DNA of 39,944 bases from a virus. The position numbers and the translations under genes were made by a program. The stretch lies in the UHGV virus genome UHGV-0147509; one strand, 5' to 3'. Below, piece after piece: positions 9,032-17,728 of this stretch (position 1 is the first letter of the stretch; each line of letters begins with the position of its first letter). The notes below the pieces were generated by a model that saw nothing but the letters and a program-made list of their open reading frames with translations, ran no database searches and was not told the DNA's origin.

Positions 9032-9310
9032 TCATTTTTCCTCTTTTGGTTTATGAATCTGAATGGTCATGCCGCTTTGAGTGGTGACTACAACGACAGA
9101 ACCAGGCTGAAGACTGTTAAGATTGAATGCTTCGTAAAACGAATCCAAGGCCAGCGCTTTTTTATTCTTCCGGTTCCACCAACGCCATCCCTTGCTACAG
9201 GCTACACTGACAATCCACTGTCCACTCCTGTAAGCCATATAAAACCAGATGAGCAAAACCTGAAGGAATGCTATCCAGTCAATAATCGTATATTTCGCGA
9301 AGGAGTCCAT
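9032..9310 (-). CDS. hypothetical membrane protein
   Basis: ATG at 9310 overlaps the upstream TGA (ATGA); N-terminal hydrophobic segment WIAFLQVLLIWFYMA. Confidence 0.5.
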   Translation of the reverse strand: MDSFAKYTIIDWIAFLQVLLIWFYMAYRSGQWIVSVACSKGWRWWNRKNKKALALDSFYEAFNLNSLQPGSVVVVTTQSGMTIQIHKPKEEK

Positions 9311-10188
9311 CACTTCACCTCCTGCGGCGGTTCTGGTAGCGGCATCCAGTGTGTGACATTGCTAATCAGACCATATTCATTAGTTTGAGGATGGTTGCCG
9401 TTATCGTCTCCGTATTTAAGACTCTCCATAAAGCCATAATGCTTATTCCCATTAACTCTCACAAAGCCGTAATAAGCAGGTATAACGCCGATCTCACACG
9501 TAACCAGTAAAGGAAAACTAGTTCTCCAATTTAGCTCGCCAATTACAGGCATTCGATCACTACAGCTTATCCAACCATCCGGAGTTACCGGATAGTTGCG
9601 CATTGCGACCTTTAATGCCTCATAGAAGCAACCTTTCAGATTGTTGAACTGACGCCCATTTAGCGGGCCGTGTTCAGTCAGCATGTTGTGTAATTTCCAT
9701 GCCGCGTCGTTTACTTCGCTGGATGACAGGGGAGGCAACTTGTAAGTTTGGCTTACAGGTTCGGCACCATGAAGCATGGCGTCGCTCCGCTCTATGCCAT
9801 CCAGCGCGATTCGCAGTGCCTGAATTGTGGTAGAGCTATCGTTTGGGGCTATTCCATATCGCTCGAATACAGCTAAATGGTTGCGCATAATCTCAGGCGT
9901 AAGCTCTTTGTAAGCATAAGCAAGAGGCTCTGATGCATTATCCGGCACAACCGACGCAGGCGCGGCAGCATAAACAGGAATAACGTCCGCTTGCTCTTTA
10001 TTGCTTTCATCCGTTAAAGCCCAGAATAATTTCCCGGCCGGATGTTTGAAAATATAAGCAACTGGATCTGCTTCCAGCGATGCCAGTGCAATTTCATAAG
10101 CACGGCGCTCAATATTGTCTCGAACGTCCAAGCTGCCTATGCGCTCTTTGATTTCTTTAATCAGTTCTTTGTCGGTAAAAGTGGTCAT
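9310..10188 (-). CDS. phage early protein with C-terminal DUF551-like domain
   Basis: 292-aa ORF; C-terminal tail ending ...THWMPLPEPP is typical of DUF551 proteins found in lambdoid ea regions. Confidence 0.6.
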   Translation of the reverse strand: MTTFTDKELIKEIKERIGSLDVRDNIERRAYEIALASLEADPVAYIFKHPAGKLFWALTDESNKEQADVIPVYAAAPASVVPDNASEPLAYAYKELTPEIMRNHLAVFERYGIAPNDSSTTIQALRIALDGIERSDAMLHGAEPVSQTYKLPPLSSSEVNDAAWKLHNMLTEHGPLNGRQFNNLKGCFYEALKVAMRNYPVTPDGWISCSDRMPVIGELNWRTSFPLLVTCEIGVIPAYYGFVRVNGNKHYGFMESLKYGDDNGNHPQTNEYGLISNVTHWMPLPEPPQEVK

Positions 10189-10700
10189 GCCGCATTTCCT
10201 TCTTGCTTATTAACGATTACACCGTCATATATTTCATTAAGGTGCCCTCTCAACTCCATGCGCCTTAATGCAGATAACATGTAATCGCATTCAACCTGCT
10301 TATTCCCAATAAAAGGTTTATCTTCAGGGTTACCCCAACAGCAATTCCCCTTGGGCCATCCATGTACTTTCCGTACTCTTCCGTTAACAACGTGAAGTAA
10401 TCCCCAGCCGGGAGGTAAATCCTCAACTGAAATAACTCCCGGCTCACTAATAAAGAATCGCCAGTCGCCCATGCCAAGTGAGGGATTTTTACGGAAACGC
10501 TTTTTTCTATCTGCCAACAAGTCAGCACGAGAACACTTCGCCTCTATCAGGCATGATGCTGAATTTCTGAATCCCATAGCATCTGGCTGTTCTCCGGTAC
10601 TGGTTACAGCTATAAAGCGGTCATGAAAACAAACCTTGAACCCGTTGCGCTTAAGGAACTTATACGCAATCTGACAGAGTTCGCTGTGTGTTAACGCCAT
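10185..10700 (-). CDS. putative PD-(D/E)xK nuclease-fold protein
   Basis: ATG at 10700 follows the upstream TGA by 1 nt; PDAMGF ... LIEAKCS arrangement fits a PD-x(n)-(D/E)-x-K signature. Confidence 0.5.
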   Translation of the reverse strand: MALTHSELCQIAYKFLKRNGFKVCFHDRFIAVTSTGEQPDAMGFRNSASCLIEAKCSRADLLADRKKRFRKNPSLGMGDWRFFISEPGVISVEDLPPGWGLLHVVNGRVRKVHGWPKGNCCWGNPEDKPFIGNKQVECDYMLSALRRMELRGHLNEIYDGVIVNKQEGNAA

Positions 10701-10701
10701 A

Positions 10702-11250
10702 TCACTCTCCTTTGATGCGAATGCCTGTTGCAATGCTGTTTATGATGCTGTCAGTGCATTGGGTAGAAAGCTGGGCATCTCCAGCAATTCTCATGACCTC
10801 AACATCTGCATATCGAATACCGAGGTGTATCAGACCGGCTATACCTGACTTAAGCCGAGCATTTTCCATAAACAGATCCTTTGCCCGTTGTTTTTCTGCC
10901 TCAAGCTCAACGCGCAGCTTCCCTACCGTTAGCGCAATATCCTCGTTCTCCTGGTCGCGGGATTTGATGTATTGCTGGTTCCTTTCCCGTTCATCCAGTA
11001 GTGCCAGCGCAACATTTGGATTAAAAGCAGCAATAAATTCAGCGTTTGCATAAGCCTGAACATCTGTTTCAACCAGGCAGTTAACATGACATTCTGCAAT
11101 TACGCCACCGGGTTCTCCTTTCCATTTTTGACAAACAAAAACTCCTGTTATATTCCCATGCTGATTGCCCGATGTATGCCCTACGATGTAGCATCCTTTA
11201 GTTGCTTTCTCTGCTGCTTCACGCAGCGCCTGATAGTTAATTTTGGTCAT
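10702..11250 (-). CDS. Ead/Ea22-like early protein
   Basis: 182-aa ORF; family resemblance recalled from lambda Ea22-type proteins; coiled-coil C-terminal half. Confidence 0.55.
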   Translation of the reverse strand: MTKINYQALREAAEKATKGCYIVGHTSGNQHGNITGVFVCQKWKGEPGGVIAECHVNCLVETDVQAYANAEFIAAFNPNVALALLDERERNQQYIKSRDQENEDIALTVGKLRVELEAEKQRAKDLFMENARLKSGIAGLIHLGIRYADVEVMRIAGDAQLSTQCTDSIINSIATGIRIKGE

Positions 11251-11251
11251 A

Positions 11252-11551
11252 TCACATCACCCTGAAGCCGTTGCATTTACGTAAGAAATCGCAGATATAG
11301 CCCTTCATTTTTTCATGCCAATCTCGATCATTCCCATTGCACCAACCATCAGGTGGAGTCCAGTTTTCTATCAGAGCAGCCATTTTCTTTGCTTTCGCCG
11401 GAGTAGCTGTTGCGGTATCGCAGTAATGACGAGTGTCAACCAACGCATCCATACCATCGATATCAAGTACGCAAAACCATGTGTGATTCGGCATTCCAAC
11501 AGATGGTATTTGTTGCCCACGTCGACGTTTATCAATAAGACATACACTCAC
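11252..11551 (-). CDS. hypothetical protein
   Basis: 99-aa ORF with GTG start overlapping the upstream stop. Confidence 0.4.
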   Translation of the reverse strand: MSVCLIDKRRRGQQIPSVGMPNHTWFCVLDIDGMDALVDTRHYCDTATATPAKAKKMAALIENWTPPDGWCNGNDRDWHEKMKGYICDFLRKCNGFRVM

Positions 11552-11733
11552 TGCTTGCCTCCTTTACGCCACATCGCATTCAGATATTTGTTTTGATTTA
11601 CTGATGGAAAAGAATTTCTCTTAAGCAATTCCTCTCTCGATGGCATTGGCTTTACGCGTTGGCGAATAATCATTTCTGCCGGAAGAATGCCGGGATTGTA
11701 TGCAAGTCCTCTCATGGTAAATTCCTCAGTCAT
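11548..11733 (-). CDS. hypothetical small protein
   Basis: ATG at 11733 chosen so that overlap with the upstream ORF is 8 nt; the longer 11548..11865 reading would overlap it by about 140 nt; no clear SD. Confidence 0.3.
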   Translation of the reverse strand: MTEEFTMRGLAYNPGILPAEMIIRQRVKPMPSREELLKRNSFPSVNQNKYLNAMWRKGGKQ

Positions 11734-12019
11734 TACTGATAGCGCCATAGCGTGAGCGGTAATTACGCAGGCGCGGGTCAATTTCAGGGAAGTGGGTATA
11801 TGTGGCTTTGCGGAATGGTCGGATTGATGTCTGGTAAATTCTCTCGCGTTCTTCTTTCTCTGCAAGCCATATACAATGGCGAAATTCCTTTTCCTCTTTC
11901 GTTTCCTGCGGTAGAGACATTATCCGGTCGTAGTTTTTCCTGAATTTATCCAGCACCTCCGATACGGAATTGCCGGAACAGCGGCGCGGGTCATCCGCAC
12001 CATACAGAGGCGCTGGCAT
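11726..12019 (-). CDS. hypothetical protein (97 aa, possibly Abc2-like)
   Basis: ATG with AAGGA SD; size and position near erf resemble P22 abc2, but sequence identity not verified. Confidence 0.45.
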   Translation of the reverse strand: MPAPLYGADDPRRCSGNSVSEVLDKFRKNYDRIMSLPQETKEEKEFRHCIWLAEKEERERIYQTSIRPFRKATYTHFPEIDPRLRNYRSRYGAISND

Positions 12020-12042
12020 AATTAAATCCTTATTTTTCTGAA

Positions 12043-12426
12043 TCAGAATGGGATGGAATCGTCGTATACAGGAGTGTTCTGCTGGTTACTACTTTGCTGC
12101 TGCGGGCCATTTCCTGAAGCTGCAAATCCAATCTTTGCATTCAGTAATTCAAGAGTGATTGATTGACCATTTTGCCCCTGATAAACATCAACCCTGATGT
12201 TTTCTCCGGTAATTTCAACAATGCCACCTTCAACAAGAACACTACGGTAGTAATCCACTTGCGCTCCCGGCTTGGCAAATACAACGGCGCTGTAGTTTGT
12301 CCATTCTTTCTTTTTTGTCTGGCGATCGTAATACTGAACGCCAGCACGGATGTTGAATCCGATATTTTCCCCGGCCTGAAACTCTCTTGCGGGCTTGTTT
12401 AGTCTTACAGTAATCGAATGTGCCAT
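12043..12426 (-). CDS. ssb: single-stranded DNA-binding protein-like
   Basis: ATG at 12426 overlapping the erf stop; C-terminal acidic tail ...PVYDDSIPF typical of SSB; the N-terminal OB-fold region is divergent. Confidence 0.6.
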   Translation of the reverse strand: MAHSITVRLNKPAREFQAGENIGFNIRAGVQYYDRQTKKKEWTNYSAVVFAKPGAQVDYYRSVLVEGGIVEITGENIRVDVYQGQNGQSITLELLNAKIGFAASGNGPQQQSSNQQNTPVYDDSIPF

Positions 12427-13031
12427 TAAGCTGCCGCTCCTTCTAATTCGCCTCGTCTGATGTTGTAAACGTCCTGCGCTTTGTGCTGCTCCGGTGTGCC
12501 TTCGAGCATCTTCCACGCTTTGGCGAACGCCTGTTTAAGCTCTTCTACGGTGTTTTTCTGCATTGCTGCGTCAGTGAATGCTTTTAGAACCTGTTCAGAT
12601 GTAGGTGATGGTTTTGATTGCTTTGCTGCTGCGTTCTGCTGATGTTTATGCTCTTCTGTATCTGCATCTTTCGCATCATCAATGCCGAACAAACCATTGA
12701 GGCAATACTTGCGTGCATAAGAGCTTGTAGCTCCCGTAACTTGTGCAGAATCCATTCCTTTCTTGCTTTCTTCCTCTCGTGCTAGTGCGGTTGCCGTATG
12801 ACTGTTTTCGCCATCGGTAATAGTTGCCGTTGCTTTCACGTAATACCGATCACCAATCAACACAACTTCATCGCTGATTGATAAAAACAGGCCATTCAGT
12901 AACGGCTTAACTCCTTCAAGAATGTCTTCGCAGCTTCTGTATTTATATTTACCGAATGAGTTGTACTGATTCTTTGGCGCGTTCAAGTTCTCCTGAATAG
13001 CTGCCAGTCTTGCGTAAAATTCTTTGCTCAT
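12426..13031 (-). CDS. erf: Erf recombinase (essential recombination function)
   Basis: MSKEFYARLAAIQENLNAPKNQYNSFGKYKYRSCEDILEGVKPLL closely matches recalled P22 Erf; start at the internal ATG 13031. Confidence 0.9.
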   Translation of the reverse strand: MSKEFYARLAAIQENLNAPKNQYNSFGKYKYRSCEDILEGVKPLLNGLFLSISDEVVLIGDRYYVKATATITDGENSHTATALAREEESKKGMDSAQVTGATSSYARKYCLNGLFGIDDAKDADTEEHKHQQNAAAKQSKPSPTSEQVLKAFTDAAMQKNTVEELKQAFAKAWKMLEGTPEQHKAQDVYNIRRGELEGAAA

Positions 13032-13120
13032 ATGTTTGTTCTCAGAATGGGCATGGCCCAAGGAAATAACGCTGATTTAATACTTCAGTCTTTGCCGCAT
13101 TTAAAAAGACGCGAACACCT

Positions 13121-13291
13121 TCACGATCTCCCTTCTGGCGATACATTAACGCCTGCTGCGTGTACATGCGTCTCTGTAACTTGCTCTCCTTCACGGTGGT
13201 TGCAAGTGACATGAATATCTCCTTCGTTACCGATTAATTCTTTCATCTGACGAATGAATTCTTCGTCTGACCAGTTATCTGTAAAACTCAT
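13121..13291 (-). CDS. hypothetical small protein at the arf position
   Basis: ATG at 13291 overlapping the kil stop; located between erf and kil as arf is in P22. Confidence 0.4.
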   Translation of the reverse strand: MSFTDNWSDEEFIRQMKELIGNEGDIHVTCNHREGEQVTETHVHAAGVNVSPEGRS

Positions 13292-13440
13292 TTCCTGCGA
13301 TACCATGGAAGGTTGATAGCTGATTTCATCGCTTTATTTGCTTCAAGCCACATTTTGGAATCACCAATAAATCTGGCTATTACTGCTTTGTTTTGTGCAG
13401 CGCGAAGCATCTGGTGATTGATGGCTATTTCATTGCGCAT
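13288..13440 (-). CDS. kil: Kil-like protein
   Basis: 50-aa ORF not in the ORF track; ARFIGDSKMWLEANKAMKSA resembles recalled lambda Kil (FIGDEKM...). Confidence 0.55.
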   Translation of the reverse strand: MRNEIAINHQMLRAAQNKAVIARFIGDSKMWLEANKAMKSAINLPWYRRK

Positions 13441-13556
13441 AATAAGACCTCAACTCTTTTCCATCCGTCACGTAATTTACGGGTGATTCTTTCAAGTAAA
13501 GATTCATTTAGTTGGAAGGCACCCATGCGAGCGCCTCCCGCGATTGCGTAAATCAT
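13425..13556 (-). CDS. cIII: CIII protease inhibitor
   Basis: 43-aa ORF not in the ORF track; ESLLERITRKLRDGWKR matches the conserved core of recalled lambda CIII. Confidence 0.8.
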   Translation of the reverse strand: MIYAIAGGARMGAFQLNESLLERITRKLRDGWKRVEVLLCAMK

Positions 13557-13580
13557 GGGTGGTTCCTTATGTTGGTTTTA

Positions 13581-14549
13581 TTAGTAGGTTATTTTTGTTG
13601 CGAATACTTCGCCTTTTACGATGGCTGTTATGATATTTTTAGCAACATCTTCTGATGCACCAACCTTGATAAGGTCAGCAAGTATTTTGTTATTTACTTC
13701 TTTCCGGTGAGCTTTATCCTTTGCTCTACGCTCTTCTTCTTCCTTGATTCTTTTTTCTTCTGCTATTCTGGCTTGCTCTTTTGCTTCAGCCTCGCGCCGG
13801 ATTCGTTCAGCCTCCTCCTGTGCTTTTCGGCGTTCTGCTTCAATTGCCGCCTGCTTTTCTCTTTCAGCTCGTTCTGCTGCCTCTTTTGCTTCGCTCTGTG
13901 CTCGTTGCTCGGCTTCAATGCGTTCACGCTCTGCACGTTCCGCTGCGGCCTTAGCTTCTGCTTCTCGCCTTGCTGCTGCTTCAATTTCGGCTTTTGCCTT
14001 TGCTTCGGCTTCAGCTCTGGCTTTCTCTTCAGCTTCTTTTTTTAAGCGTTCTTCATGCTCTCGCTTTTCCTGCTCCGCTTTGAGTCTTGCATCTTCTCTT
14101 TGGCGGTCAAATTCGCGATCCATCAAAATCGCTATTTCATGGTCAGACTCAATTTGCCTTGCGAGAGCTTCAGCTGCTGCCTTAGCTTCTTCTTCGGCTT
14201 TAATACGCGCCTGCTCCTCCTCATAATCAGTAAGAGGCTGGCGCGCCTTGGCTTTCAATTCATCAAGGCGATCGCGCACTGTCTTGCGGTTGGCATCAAT
14301 TAGCTTTGGAATTTCCTTCAGTTCAGCAACAAGGTCTTTGCCAAGACCATCGAGATATGTTTTCGTCTGCGCAACTTTATACGCCAGAGAAGCGATCTCC
14401 TTTCTGCCCTTTGCCGTTGTGATATCAGGCACAAAGGACATAACTTCACGTTCAACCTTTTGAAGGATTTCTTCAATCTGGTCGGCAGACTGAAATACAG
14501 TCATTGCATTTGCTTTTTCAATAACAACTAAATCTGTTACTTCACTCAT
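13581..14549 (-). CDS. hypothetical early protein with long Ala/Glu/Lys/Arg-rich charged repeat region
   Basis: 322-aa ORF with strong SD GGAGGA before the ATG at 14549; central ~170 aa is low-complexity AEAKAKAEIEAAARREAEAK-type repeat; globular N- and C-terminal ends. Confidence 0.65.
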   Translation of the reverse strand: MSEVTDLVVIEKANAMTVFQSADQIEEILQKVEREVMSFVPDITTAKGRKEIASLAYKVAQTKTYLDGLGKDLVAELKEIPKLIDANRKTVRDRLDELKAKARQPLTDYEEEQARIKAEEEAKAAAEALARQIESDHEIAILMDREFDRQREDARLKAEQEKREHEERLKKEAEEKARAEAEAKAKAEIEAAARREAEAKAAAERAERERIEAEQRAQSEAKEAAERAEREKQAAIEAERRKAQEEAERIRREAEAKEQARIAEEKRIKEEEERRAKDKAHRKEVNNKILADLIKVGASEDVAKNIITAIVKGEVFATKITY

Positions 14550-14560
14550 ATATCCTCCGT

Positions 14561-14589
14561 CAAAAAATTGCCCTCACATTAGAGGGCAA
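14561..14589 (-). terminator. intrinsic terminator on the minus strand (tL-like) immediately upstream of the 322-aa gene
   Basis: Perfect inverted repeat TTGCCCTC-ACATTA-GAGGGCAA at 14568-14589 with a U-run on the minus-strand side (plus-strand AAAAAA at 14562-14567). Confidence 0.55.
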
Positions 14590-14710
14590 AGAAGATTTCC
14601 AATAATCAGAACAAGTCGGCTCCTGTTTAGTTACGAGCGACATTGCTCCGTGTATTCACTCGTTGGAATGAATACACAGTGCAGTGTTTATTAGTATGCC
14701 TGTCTTTTAA

Positions 14711-15292
<582 letters not shown>

Positions 15293-15380
15293 GTGATATA
15301 GATTTACCTTTAATTTTCTGGCGTCCTCTGCATGTTATGCCGCGTTCGCCAGGCTTGCGGTAGTAAATTCGGTTATTTAT

Positions 15381-15412
15381 GTAATAAAAAACCCGCCTTA
15401 GCGGGTTATTAT
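15381..15412. terminator. bidirectional intrinsic terminator between convergent genes
   Basis: AACCCGC-CTTA-GCGGGTT hairpin flanked by A-run upstream and T-rich run downstream; sits between the stops of the plus gene (15292) and the minus gene (15409). Confidence 0.7.
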
Positions 15413-15852
15413 TTCTTTGGATTTAGCTTTTCCATGTTCTCTGCGATCGTACCTATTCTTGACCTTATTGTTGGAACATCAATTCCTCTCTGTATGTCTA
15501 CATTTAAAGACATAAGCTCTCTGCTCCATCCTGCGATCGCATCGTGAAATTGTCTTGCCCTGCTTGCTTGTCTACGTCTGCTGCTTTCAAGCTCTGTAAG
15601 CATTTGCTTTGCTTCGATCTGAGACTTGCCTTGCCCAACTCCCAATGCATCGATTGCACATTGCTTCATCTCTGCTTTTATCAAAGGGTGAAGATTTTCA
15701 GCGCCAATAAAAATTACCTCGTCTATGCTTTTAAAAAGCAGAAGGCAATCAGTAACAACTTTGGTTCTTTTATCATCACACCTTACCTCTACCGAAGGTA
15801 CGCCGCCATATTGCTTAACTCTCATTGCCGTGTAAACTGTAGCACTCTTCAA
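15409..15852 (-). CDS. hypothetical protein, first gene of the leftward PL operon (occupies the N/gene 24 position but is not N-like)
   Basis: 147-aa ORF with TTG start preceded by strong SD AGGAGG at about 5-6 nt spacing; no Arg-rich N-terminal motif. Confidence 0.55.
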   Translation of the reverse strand: MKSATVYTAMRVKQYGGVPSVEVRCDDKRTKVVTDCLLLFKSIDEVIFIGAENLHPLIKAEMKQCAIDALGVGQGKSQIEAKQMLTELESSRRRQASRARQFHDAIAGWSRELMSLNVDIQRGIDVPTIRSRIGTIAENMEKLNPKK

Positions 15853-16009
15853 ATCAGCCTCCTTTTTCTTTTTCTATATCAAAAAGCTGCTTTGCTTTTT
15901 GTGACTAAAAGCAAAAAAGCCTTCTCGCTAATGAGCAGCATTGCCGTTCATCCTGAACCCGCCGCGCTCCCGACGCATGGTTTAAAGACGCGCCGTTCGT
16001 CTATGGGCT

Positions 16010-16110
16010 TATGATGTACTTAAAGTTCATTAATGTAAAGTACCAATAGTACATTTTATGGATATAAAAAGCTCACTACATCATAAGTTAGTGAACTTTA
16101 AGGAAATTTA
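16010..16110 (-). promoter_or_regulatory. OL/PL operator-promoter region
   Basis: AT-rich region upstream of the first leftward gene carrying operator-like elements sharing the TGAAC/GTTCA half-site: ACTTAAAGTTCAT at 16018-16030 and GTGAACTTTAAGG at 16091-16103. Confidence 0.45.
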
Positions 16111-16113
16111 TTT

Positions 16114-16821
16114 TTATCCGAATCGCTTGTAATCGATTGACTGCCTAATGAGGACTTTGGCTAGAATGTGAAGTTGCTCTTCTTCACCTTCTTCTATGTA
16201 CCATCGATCATAAGCGGCATTGTCAGAGATGACGGCAAGCCTGTTCTTTTGCATTTGCAGGCGCTTAACGTGCATTGTTTTCCCGTATACAAACACATAA
16301 ATGCCATCGCCATCAAAACAGGTTATGGATACATCAACAAAGATCTCATCTCCCGGATTGATGGTTCCCTCCATGCTGTCACCGCGAACCGTGATGACTT
16401 TTACGCTTTCCTGTGGCCTTCCATTAAATAAAATTCTTGCCTGCTCGGTCGTATATTCAATTGCTCTTATCTTTTCTATAAATTCATTGGAAACCATGGT
16501 TCCTGGCCCGGCGCTCGCCTGAACATCCAATACATCAACACGATAATAATCATTTGATCTTGATAGATGATTTACCGTGATACCGTCATCATCAGCATAG
16601 CCATGCAGATATGCAGCAGTAGTTCCCAGCACCGAAGCCAGAGATTCCATCTTGTCTTTTCTTGGTATTGACTCCCCGTTGAACCATTTACTAATGGCTT
16701 TTGGTGTGACCTTAAGCCTGACAGCTAAATCAGCCTGCCTACCATGCAAAGGTAATCCCGCTTTATCACAGGCCAGCGCAAGCCTCTGCGAGAAAGTTTC
16801 ACGCTCTTTCTGTTGAACCAT
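16114..16821 (-). CDS. cI: CI-type prophage repressor (HTH plus LexA/S24-like C-terminal domain)
   Basis: Start at ATG 16821 (the ORF track extends upstream); HTH region LAVRLKVTPKAISKWFNGESIP and S24-type C-terminal domain with VRGDSMEG and KRL motifs; divergent from cro. Confidence 0.9.
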   Translation of the reverse strand: MVQQKERETFSQRLALACDKAGLPLHGRQADLAVRLKVTPKAISKWFNGESIPRKDKMESLASVLGTTAAYLHGYADDDGITVNHLSRSNDYYRVDVLDVQASAGPGTMVSNEFIEKIRAIEYTTEQARILFNGRPQESVKVITVRGDSMEGTINPGDEIFVDVSITCFDGDGIYVFVYGKTMHVKRLQMQKNRLAVISDNAAYDRWYIEEGEEEQLHILAKVLIRQSIDYKRFG

Positions 16822-16885
16822 AAGTTCAACTATATTAGGTATTGACTGTACTATCAGTTCCGTCATAATATGAACCATAAGTTCA
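16814..16885. promoter_or_regulatory. OR operators with PR (and PRM) promoter elements
   Basis: Two identical 15-bp palindromes TGAACCATAAGTTCA at 16814-16828 (overlapping the cI start codon) and 16871-16885; TTGACT at 16842-16847 and CATAAT at 16864-16869 form a PR-like promoter toward cro. Confidence 0.7.
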
Positions 16886-16900
16886 CCACAGGAGAGAAGC

Positions 16901-17131
16901 ATGAACGAAGTTACGTTTGGAGAAGTTATCAAATCCGTTCGAGTTTCTGTTGTGGCTGATGTTTGTGGACTTACGCCAAAAGCCATCTATAAGTGGCTTG
17001 AGCGTGGTTCTCTGCCGCGTACCGAGTTCACTGGTGAAACCGAATATGCGGATAAGATCGCCAAGGCATCAGGCGGCAAGTACTCAGCAGCACAGATTCG
17101 CCGTATCGGTAAACAGCAGTTTGTTATGTAA
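16901..17131 (+). CDS. cro: Cro-like repressor
   Basis: 76-aa ORF with SD GGAGAG, divergent from cI directly downstream of OR; HTH-like segment VCGLTPKAIYKWLERGSLP. Confidence 0.75.
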   Translation: MNEVTFGEVIKSVRVSVVADVCGLTPKAIYKWLERGSLPRTEFTGETEYADKIAKASGGKYSAAQIRRIGKQQFVM

Positions 17132-17252
17132 TAAAAATGTACTTTTAGTACCGAACGGCCCGGTATACGGTCGGGTGCCCGGCGTGGTCAAGGATGACTG
17201 TCAATGGTGCACGATAAAAACCCAAATTATTTACCTATGGAGATTGTAAGAA

Positions 17253-17549
17253 ATGACACAAGCAAGCTACAGCAAGCCAACACAGCGAGAAATTGATCGC
17301 GCTGAAACTGATTTACTCATCAACCTGTCAACGCTTACCCAGCGCGGTCTGGCAAAGATGATTGGCTGTCATGAATCGAAGATAAGCAGAACGGACTGGA
17401 GATTTATTGCTTCGGTCTTGTGTGCTTTCGGAATGGCATCAGACATCAGTCCGATTAGCAGGGCTTTTAAGTATGCGCTTGATGAAATCACAAAGAAAAA
17501 ATCCCCGGCCGCCACCGAGGATTTTAAGCAAATTGATATGCAATTCTGA
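17253..17549 (+). CDS. cII: CII transcriptional activator
   Basis: C-terminus ...[19 protein letters not shown] resembles recalled lambda CII C-terminus (..KKRPAATERSEQIQMEF); position after cro. Confidence 0.8.
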   Translation: MTQASYSKPTQREIDRAETDLLINLSTLTQRGLAKMIGCHESKISRTDWRFIASVLCAFGMASDISPISRAFKYALDEITKKKSPAATEDFKQIDMQF

Positions 17550-17581
17550 GGGAATTACTGGATCAATCCACAGGAGTCATT

Positions 17582-17728
17582 ATGACAAAACAACTCAGTC
17601 CTTACCAGGACAAAATTCACAAACACATACTACGTGATCGCTTCCTGTCCAGCTTCAAGCAGCCTGGTCGATTCCGGGCTGAGTTGGAAAAGGTGAAGCT
17701 GATGCAGAAGGAGAAAGGTCATGAGTAA
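17582..17728 (+). CDS. hypothetical small basic protein between cII and the initiator gene
   Basis: 48-aa ORF not in the ORF track; ATG preceded by AGGAG at good spacing; its stop overlaps the start region of the downstream gene. Confidence 0.4.
   Translation: MTKQLSPYQDKIHKHILRDRFLSSFKQPGRFRAELEKVKLMQKEKGHE

Noticed and set aside
11548-11865. 105-aa reading of ORF 11548..11865
   Set aside because: It would overlap the better-supported 97-aa ORF (11726..12019) by about 140 nt in another frame; trimmed to the internal ATG at 11733.
13707-14226. Plus-strand ORFs 13707..14045 (112 aa) and 13744..14226 (160 aa), rich in Cys/Phe/Ser/Leu or Ala/Ser/Arg
   Set aside because: They are antisense to the GC-rich charged-repeat region of the 322-aa minus-strand gene; low-complexity repeat DNA produces long open frames on the opposite strand, and the translations are not protein-like.
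17407-17637. 76-aa plus-strand ORF overlapping the 3' half of cII in another frame
   Set aside because: Overlaps the conserved cII frame, and its 3' part overlaps the better-supported small ORF with SD at 17582.
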